Below, one piece after another: positions 6,995-13,148 of a DNA stretch of 13,148 nucleotides. Below the pieces are notes generated by a model. The model made no database searches. It was not told where the DNA came from and saw nothing but the letters and a program-made list of their open reading frames with translations. The stretch comes from Methanocellales archaeon. Its GTDB lineage: Archaea; Halobacteriota; JAWCLZ01. A program made the position numbers and the translations under genes. Positions within the stretch are counted from its first letter, which is position 1. Each line of letters starts with the position of its first letter. The DNA is taken from NCBI GenBank assembly GCA_038850285.1, contig JAWCMA010000026.1, positions 2,862-16,009 on the forward strand, written 5' to 3'.

Positions 6995-9900
6995 TTTACC
7001 CCCTCTGCTTTTTGCACTGTGAAGCAGAATCTAGCTCCCTTGGTATAATCACCCTTCACTCTATCCTCCACCCAGACTTCACCGCCATATTTCTCAATAA
7101 GGGTCTTCACAATATATAAACCAAGTCCCTTCCCCTTCGCTTTTTTAGTGCCGCGCTCAAATCTCTTGAAAATCTTAGTCTTGAGTTCATCTGGCACGCC
7201 ATCGCCATTGTCTTCAACGCAAACCTTATAAAACCGTGTGTCATTTATAAATTCCTCTACATTTATAGCGATTTCAACGCTCTCCCCGGAGTATTTAATT
7301 GCATTGCCAATTAAATTCACAAATACCTCTTTAATCAAGGCATCAGCCTTCGCTAGTGAACCAACTCTAGGGTTATATTTAAAGATGACTTGCTTTTGAG
7401 CACTCGCGGAGAACTCCGCTATAACTTGAGCTATAACTTCATTTAAATCAATAGCTTGAAGTTCAAAGCTTGCTTCTCTAATTCTTTGAATCAAGCGCAC
7501 ATCTTCAATTAACTTAACACTCCTAAGCACTGAGTTAAGTGCTTTTTCAGCATACTTCTTTTGCTTCTCCTCAAGCTCGCTAGCGAGCAAGAGATCTAGA
7601 TACCCAAGGCCAATTTGATTCAAATTATTGATATCATGAGCCATGATATCCACGTAGAGTTCAGCTGCCTCCTTAGCCTCGAGTATTTCCTGCTCAAGCT
7701 GCTTGCGCTCTATTATGCCTGCTAAAGCACTACCCACTGCTTGCAAGAATCCAACTTCTTTATCCTCAAAGCCGTGGCCTTCTCTTAAATATAAATTAAT
7801 CACGCCCAGTACCTTTCCAGCGTATATAATTGGCACGCAGTAGTGCCCGTGTGGAGTTATACCCATATACTTCGTCTCGTGTTTCTCATCAACTTGACTG
7901 GCGAACTTGAGCTCCTTTTCAAGCGCTGCTCTTCCGCAGATACATTTGCCAAAGGCAACTCGAGCACATGAGTTTTGTATCGCTGGGGTAAGTCCTTTTT
8001 GAACTTTCATCACCAGTTCCCCAGGCTCTTGGACTAAGAATATGCAGCCTCTTGATTCAAGGGAGAGCCAAGGGATGGAGAGAATAAGCTCAAGTGCTCT
8101 ATTCAAAATTTCATCTAGAGAGATATTCTCAAGGGAGAGCTGTAAAAGCGAGTTAATCGCAGCCAGCATATCTCGACTGCGCTTGATTTCTTCCTCTGCG
8201 AGCTTGCGCTCAGTGATATCCGCTCCAAGGGCTATGCTGCCCACGATCTTGCCTGTTTCATCAAGTAAATTGTTAGAGTGCCAGGAGATCACGCGTTTCT
8301 CTCCTTTTTTGGTTCGTATGACTGTTTCAAAGTTCTCCACTTTTTCGCCTCTTTGAATTATTGCCATTGCTTTTTCAAGAATGCGGGCTCGATAATCGGG
8401 ATCAGGATAGAGCCACTCCCAGATTTTACCGTGTCCCCTTACTTCTTCTCTACTATACCCAGAGATGCATTCAGCAGCTTTATTCCAGAAAGTAACATTC
8501 CCCTGAGTATCGAGTGTATCGATCCAAATGACAGCTGTGTCAAGCATTTCATTTTGAAAGCGAAGGAGGGATGAAAGTTCTCGCTCCAGTTTTTTTCGCT
8601 CAGTGATATCCTTAATTACCCCTAAGTTGCCTATTACCTCGCTTTTTTCATTCCTCAAAAGCGATGCCGATACGCTCAAGTATATATCTCTGCCATCCTT
8701 GGTCTTTCCAGGTACTTCATAGTTAGTTACCCTTCCATCTATGCTCCTGCGCATGGCTCGCATTAAACTCTTAGCACTTTCAATATCTCTATAAAACTTG
8801 ACCTTCCTTTTTTGCTGGATTTCCTCTATTTCTAAATCATCCATTTTACTTATTTCAACTTCTTCCAGATCTGACAATTTGTCTTCTATAATGTTCTTTC
8901 CGATTACTTCCTCTTTTTTATACCCAAATATCCTTTCAGCGCCATCATTGAATAAAACAATATTTCCTCTTGTGTCTAGCGCGATAATTGCATCACCAGT
9001 GCTCTCAATTATATTTTTAAGATATCTCTCGGAATCAGCGATTCTCTGCTCAAGTTTTTTGCGCTCAGTTATGTCTCTAGCTATGCAGTGCACGCCAGTT
9101 ATCCTCTCTCCCTCGAAATTGGGGTGAGAGGTGAGTTCAATTATGGCTCTACTGCCATCTTTTCTTATGATTTCATATTCAAGCTCTGTCAGTTGGGGCT
9201 CTTTAGCGGTGGCTTTTTTAAGTTCCTCTCTCGCTCTCTCCAGCTCCTCAGGTGGAAGAAGTTTTGAGATATTCATTCCAATTAATTCTTCTCGAGTGTA
9301 GCCTGATACTCTAGCTCCTGCTTCATTCATTGAGGTTATGAATCCATTTAAATCTACAGTGAAAATTGCATCATAGGCATTTTCAAATAACTCTCGATAT
9401 CTACGCTCGCTCTCGCGGAGTGCTTGTTCAGCTAGTTTTTTATCCGTTATATCCTTCGCGATTCCAATGGATCCCGCTATCTTTCCATCTTGGTCTTTAA
9501 TCAAGGATACTGAGACGCTGAAGTAGAGTTCTTTTCCATACTTGGTTCTACCTCGAACCTCGAGATTTGTAACTCTACCCTCTTTGCTCTCGCGGAGCGT
9601 TTTCATTACTCTGCGAGCAGTTTCTAGGTCTGCGAAGAATTTCACCTCTCCATTTTCCTCGATATTGGTGTGAAGCACTTCCTCTCTCCGGTAGCCAAAT
9701 ATCTTTTCAGCAGCTTCATTGAAAAGCACGATTTTTCCATTTTCATCTAGGGCAATTATGGCATCCGCTGAGTTGGAGATAACTGAGCTTAAGTAGCGAT
9801 AGGAAGCAATTATCTCTTGCTCCATTTCTTTCTTCTCAGTTACATCTAGAGCGATGCACTGTATTTCTCTTGCTTCACCAACTATTTCAACTGGGTGCAC

Positions 9901-10446
9901 TCTTAATTCCACTATTCTCCTTTCATATTTCCCTTGGATTTCAACTTCAAATTGCTGAGCACGGGTTAAATTGCTCAATCTATCCAGTAGTTCGCGGGGG
10001 TTATCTTGAGATAGCAATTGAGCAATTGACTTCCCGGTTAATTCAGATGCGTGATACCCTGTTAAGTCCTTTACCTTTTTATTTCCCCAGGTGAATTTCC
10101 CCTCTCTATCTAAGATGAAGATTGGAAATGCGGCGTCGTCTAGAAATGCCTTATATCTCTCTTCTGATTCCTTCAGTTGTTTTATCTTTTGATTGAGCGC
10201 CTCGGTATATTCCCTTATTTCCTTCTCGAGGGTCTTTTTTCTATCAGCTAAGAATCCAATTATCAAAAAGAGGGGAATGGTGGAGAAAATTACTGCGTGG
10301 TGAACTATATCGCTTGTTATATGCTTATATATATCTATTCCCTGCTTCGTGCATTCGTATAGATATATTGCATTCAAGATTATGCCTAAGCTGGCTATGA
10401 AATAGCCTAGCCAGTGCTCCTTAAAATATCGGAGAGCCATATGCAT
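6991..10446 (-). CDS. Membrane-anchored multi-sensor histidine kinase (2 TM, 5 PAS/PAC, GAF, HisKA, HATPase_c)
   Basis: Two N-terminal hydrophobic helices; five PAS units ending in D(I/V)T(E/D)(R/K)K; GAF (CVPIIYAGKVLGVINL); H-box AHDINNLNQ; NLIGNAIKY, DNGDGV, IFKRF and GKGLGL boxes. The start could instead be the ATG at 10440. Confidence 0.95.
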   Translation of the reverse strand: MHMALRYFKEHWLGYFIASLGIILNAIYLYECTKQGIDIYKHITSDIVHHAVIFSTIPLFLIIGFLADRKKTLEKEIREYTEALNQKIKQLKESEERYKAFLDDAAFPIFILDREGKFTWGNKKVKDLTGYHASELTGKSIAQLLSQDNPRELLDRLSNLTRAQQFEVEIQGKYERRIVELRVHPVEIVGEAREIQCIALDVTEKKEMEQEIIASYRYLSSVISNSADAIIALDENGKIVLFNEAAEKIFGYRREEVLHTNIEENGEVKFFADLETARRVMKTLRESKEGRVTNLEVRGRTKYGKELYFSVSVSLIKDQDGKIAGSIGIAKDITDKKLAEQALRESERRYRELFENAYDAIFTVDLNGFITSMNEAGARVSGYTREELIGMNISKLLPPEELERAREELKKATAKEPQLTELEYEIIRKDGSRAIIELTSHPNFEGERITGVHCIARDITERKKLEQRIADSERYLKNIIESTGDAIIALDTRGNIVLFNDGAERIFGYKKEEVIGKNIIEDKLSDLEEVEISKMDDLEIEEIQQKRKVKFYRDIESAKSLMRAMRRSIDGRVTNYEVPGKTKDGRDIYLSVSASLLRNEKSEVIGNLGVIKDITERKKLERELSSLLRFQNEMLDTAVIWIDTLDTQGNVTFWNKAAECISGYSREEVRGHGKIWEWLYPDPDYRARILEKAMAIIQRGEKVENFETVIRTKKGEKRVISWHSNNLLDETGKIVGSIALGADITERKLAEEEIKRSRDMLAAINSLLQLSLENISLDEILNRALELILSIPWLSLESRGCIFLVQEPGELVMKVQKGLTPAIQNSCARVAFGKCICGRAALEKELKFASQVDEKHETKYMGITPHGHYCVPIIYAGKVLGVINLYLREGHGFEDKEVGFLQAVGSALAGIIERKQLEQEILEAKEAAELYVDIMAHDINNLNQIGLGYLDLLLASELEEKQKKYAEKALNSVLRSVKLIEDVRLIQRIREASFELQAIDLNEVIAQVIAEFSASAQKQVIFKYNPRVGSLAKADALIKEVFVNLIGNAIKYSGESVEIAINVEEFINDTRFYKVCVEDNGDGVPDELKTKIFKRFERGTKKAKGKGLGLYIVKTLIEKYGGEVWVEDRVKGDYTKGARFCFTVQKAEGVK

Positions 10447-10461
10447 AATTATGATGGAATA

Positions 10462-10479
10462 CTATATAAAATTTGCTTA
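10462..10479 (-). promoter_or_regulatory. Putative TATA box/BRE of the histidine kinase gene
   Basis: Minus strand TAAGCAAATTTTATATAG lies about 20-30 bp upstream of the ATGs at 10446/10440, suggesting a leaderless or short-leader transcript. Confidence 0.55.
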
Positions 10480-10522
10480 ATTTACCAAAAAATATGGAAA
10501 ATATTTTAAATATTAACACATT

Positions 10523-11128
10523 TTAAATCAATTTATTTATCTCAGCAGGGAAGGAATTGCCAGCTTGGCAGAAGAGCTCAGGGCCTTTAGCTCTATCCAG
10601 CTTCGCCCACCAGAATCGATTGAAATCTCCAGCTGCATATACCACTATATAGGTTGGTAGCTTGCTATCCTCGCTTATGAATAAAAAATCCCTGAATTTC
10701 TTAGGGTCAAGCGAATAATACCCATTTTCCATTTGCTCAGCATATCTCACATCCACCCAGCAGATTTGGAACTGAGAATCCCTGTTAAGCAATCTATAAT
10801 CCTGCGGGCGAATATTGAACTCAGGGTACTGCGCTATATAGCTGCGTATTTGCTTCTCATTAACCCTATATCCTAAATCGCGAAGCTTGATCTCCGCGTA
10901 TAATCTACAAGGCTGAGACCAGTCTTCAAATCCAATGCCCGGGAGATTATCCCTCATCCATTCCAGAAATCTTCTACCAGCTATGCAATAGAGCTTAGGA
11001 GAGAAATATCTGCAGGTGCGTGTTCTCCACACTCTCTTAGGCGTAAGCTGAGGCTTAGATTTATATCCAGGAGCAGTGCAGCTTAAACTGCTTTTTATAA
11101 ACCACTTGCACTCTAAGCAGCGGCACAT
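10523..11128 (-). CDS. Hypothetical protein with Cys-rich N-terminus and possible PD-(D/E)XK-like domain
   Basis: 201-aa ORF filling the gap between recognisable genes, with TTTTTTATAG about 25 bp upstream. C2/C4/C7/C17/C39 cluster, then AE..L...GY.V, RPQDY and WVDVRY. The fold call is inference. Confidence 0.7.
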   Translation of the reverse strand: MCRCLECKWFIKSSLSCTAPGYKSKPQLTPKRVWRTRTCRYFSPKLYCIAGRRFLEWMRDNLPGIGFEDWSQPCRLYAEIKLRDLGYRVNEKQIRSYIAQYPEFNIRPQDYRLLNRDSQFQICWVDVRYAEQMENGYYSLDPKKFRDFLFISEDSKLPTYIVVYAAGDFNRFWWAKLDRAKGPELFCQAGNSFPAEINKLI

Positions 11129-11231
11129 TTGAATTATTTTTTAACCTTCATCCTATAAAAAATGGTCGAAATTCAAAATTCAAAAGAGATATATAAAAAG
11201 TATGAAAACTCGATATCCAAGGGTGAAAAAA
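11129..11231. promoter_or_regulatory. Divergent promoter region (orphan gene / Liv-type ABC operon)
   Basis: AAAAGAG-ATATATAAA (11182-11197, +) and a GGTGA ribosome-binding site before the ATG at 11232; TTTATA on the minus strand near 11154-11159. Confidence 0.55.
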
Positions 11232-12509
11232 ATGAAGCGCGAGATAGCTATTTTTATTCTATGCCTCCTCCTTCTTTCCACTACTAGTGCATATGCCCAA
11301 GTTGAGAAAGAGCCTATTAAAGTGGGAGAGATCAATCCATTGACTGGGAGGTTTGCAAAGCAAGGTCAAGCCCTACACGAGGGAATATTATACGCTATAG
11401 AGGAGGCAAATAAAAAAGGCGGGATAGATGGTAGAAATATTACCCTTATAACAAGGGATGATGAGAGCAAGCCAGAGGTCGCAATTGCAAAGGCAGAGGA
11501 ATTAGCAATTAAAGAAAAAGTAGTAGCAGTAGTTGGAGGCTATGTTGATAGCCTAGTTGGGCCAATAAGCGAGGTATGCGATAAAAACAAAGTGCCCTAC
11601 ATCGCTCCTGCGTCGCTGCAGAGAGAGCTAACTCAGAAAAATCGTACTTATTTCTTCAGAGTATCAAGCTTAGATGCATATGTCGAAACAATGACAGGCG
11701 TGGTTCTGGATGTTTTCAAAGCCAAGAAAGTGGCAATACTCTACTCCAGCACACCTGGTTCAACTCAACTTGCCGAGGAGCAAAAAGCATTGCTTGAAAC
11801 CAGAGGAGTGGAAGTCGTGGTATATGAAATGGGCACTTCAGGGGCGAGTGATTTCTCCCCGCTTTTAACCAAGGTGAAGGATAAACAAGCGGAGGTAGTG
11901 CTATCGGATTTCTTCCTAGGGGATCACATGATAATGGTTCGCCAACTCAAGGAGCAAAATATAAACATCAAAGCCTATGTGGGTGCATTTGGCGTGGAAT
12001 ACGCGGAGTTCATAGCGAACTTAGGGAATACCTCGGAGTATATCTATGGCACTACAGTTTGGGAAGCAAATATCACTTGGCCTGGGACTGAAAATGAAAC
12101 TTTCTCTTATATAGCTGGCTATAAAGCTAGGTTTGGCAAAGAACCAGATCCCCTTTCAATGCATGGCTATACTTCTGCTAGAGCATTGATAGCAGCCATT
12201 GAAAATACAGTTAAAAAAGGAAAGGAACTCACTGGCGAGAATATTCGAGATGAATTGAGGGAAATCGATATAATAACACCAATGGAGAGAGTGAAATTCG
12301 ATAGCTACGGCGATCCCCTGTATTATCCTAGATTGCTATTCCAAATTCAAAATGGATCTCACGCAGTGGTATATCCCCTGAATAGGGCAACAGCGAAGGC
12401 AATATATCCGATGCCCCCTTGGAGTGCTCCTAGAGCAAGTGGTTTTGAAGCTGCACTGCTAGTTGTAGCATTAGCGGCCCTATTGGTAGAGAGGAAAATA
12501 AGGAAATAG
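11232..12509 (+). CDS. Branched-chain amino acid-type (LivJ/LivK family) ABC substrate-binding protein with PGF-CTERM-like tail
   Basis: IKVGEINPLTG, N..GGIDGR.I.L...DDESKP and YFFRV motifs; Sec-type signal peptide (AYA/Q); C-terminal SGF + hydrophobic helix + RKIRK. I place the start at 11232 rather than 11202 because 11232 follows GGTGA while 11202 abuts the TATA box. Confidence 0.92.
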   Translation: MKREIAIFILCLLLLSTTSAYAQVEKEPIKVGEINPLTGRFAKQGQALHEGILYAIEEANKKGGIDGRNITLITRDDESKPEVAIAKAEELAIKEKVVAVVGGYVDSLVGPISEVCDKNKVPYIAPASLQRELTQKNRTYFFRVSSLDAYVETMTGVVLDVFKAKKVAILYSSTPGSTQLAEEQKALLETRGVEVVVYEMGTSGASDFSPLLTKVKDKQAEVVLSDFFLGDHMIMVRQLKEQNINIKAYVGAFGVEYAEFIANLGNTSEYIYGTTVWEANITWPGTENETFSYIAGYKARFGKEPDPLSMHGYTSARALIAAIENTVKKGKELTGENIRDELREIDIITPMERVKFDSYGDPLYYPRLLFQIQNGSHAVVYPLNRATAKAIYPMPPWSAPRASGFEAALLVVALAALLVERKIRK

Positions 12510-12522
12510 GAAATGGAAAATG
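12492..12522 (+). repeat. Degenerate GGAAAT(A/G) micro-repeat at the binding protein/permease junction
   Basis: AGGAAAATA-AGGAAATA-GGAAAT-GGAAAATG spans the TAG stop (12507-12509) and the next ATG (12520). Confidence 0.6.
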
Positions 12523-13148
12523 TCAATTGTACTGCAGCAAGCCCTACTCGCTGGGTTGCTCACGGGTATGCTTTATGCACTTATAGCAGTAGGGTTTGCT
12601 TTAATTTTTGGAGTAGTAAGAGTATTCAACCTCGCCCATGGAGAATTCATAGTAATCGCTGGGTATATCTCCTTCTGGCTCTGGTCTCTTAAAGGAGTTG
12701 ATCCCCTTCTATCTATTCCAATTTCAATGCTCCTGCTCTCAATAATAGGTGGCTCTATAAAGAAAATAATGAATGGAGTTAAAGAGCCATTTGAACTCAA
12801 TACCATTGTATTCACCTTTGGCTTGACTCTTTTCCTCGAAAACCTAATGCTCAGCCTGTGGAGCGGGGATTATAGATTGATATCTGCGAGCTATCTAGAT
12901 CAAAGCATTTCAATCCTAGGAGTAAGCACTAGCCTAGGGCGCTTCTTGGTGTTCGCAGTCTCGCTAGCGGCAATTGCTCTGCTTCACTACTTCTTAAAGA
13001 AAACCTATGTTGGCTTAGCCATGCGTGCTACCAGTCAAGAGAGAGATGCAGCTTCTCTAATGGGCATAAATGTCAAGAGAATAGATCAATATTCCTTTTC
13101 AATAGGCGCAGCACTTGCTGGTATCGCTGGACCACTTTTCGCAAGCAT
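12520..13148 (+). CDS. livH: Branched-chain amino acid ABC transporter permease LivH-like, 3'-truncated (not in the ORF track)
   Basis: Manual translation: MSIVLQQALLAGLLTGMLYALIAVGFALIFGVVRVFNLAHGEF... and KKTYVGLAMRATSQERDAASLMGIN, which are LivH signature motifs. Runs off the window end. Confidence 0.92.
   Translation, partial: MSIVLQQALLAGLLTGMLYALIAVGFALIFGVVRVFNLAHGEFIVIAGYISFWLWSLKGVDPLLSIPISMLLLSIIGGSIKKIMNGVKEPFELNTIVFTFGLTLFLENLMLSLWSGDYRLISASYLDQSISILGVSTSLGRFLVFAVSLAAIALLHYFLKKTYVGLAMRATSQERDAASLMGINVKRIDQYSFSIGAALAGIAGPLFAS

Noticed and set aside
8042-10094. Plus-strand ORFs 8042-8356, 8278-8574, 8798-9127 and 9870-10094
   Set aside because: Antisense to the kinase. Their composition mirrors the kinase's codon usage.
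11202-11231. ATG at 11202 as the start of the binding protein
   Set aside because: It lies immediately after the TATA box. The ATG at 11232 has a GGTGA site and gives a normal signal peptide.
12573-12815. 80-aa minus-strand ORF
   Set aside because: Antisense to the livH-like permease, which is clearly encoded on the plus strand from 12520.

Overview
Ordinary, gene-dense archaeal chromosomal segment. TATA/BRE-like promoters, GGTGA ribosome-binding sites, a PGF-CTERM-like sorting tail, a HisF loop insertion and an HDINNLNQ-type kinase H-box point to a Methanomicrobia/Halobacteriota-like archaeon (inference). Contents, left to right: 3' part of a radical SAM/TRAM gene; a HEAT-repeat/Zn-ribbon gene coupled to hisF; a minus-strand cluster of cutA, a nucleotidyltransferase and a YdjM-like hydrolase; a two-PDZ site-2 protease; a TrmB-like HTH regulator; a degraded histidine-kinase pseudogene missed by the ORF track; a large 5xPAS-GAF membrane histidine kinase; an orphan Cys-rich gene with a possible PD-(D/E)XK-like fold; and the start of a Liv-type ABC operon (binding protein, then a livH-like permease truncated by the window end). 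I see no CRISPR array, RNA gene or mobile element. The best leads are the orphan Cys-rich gene, the HEAT/Cys-cluster protein coupled to hisF, a GGAAAT(A/G) micro-repeat at two gene junctions, and the Cys/His-rich GAF domain. None of these amounts to a demonstrated new system from sequence alone.
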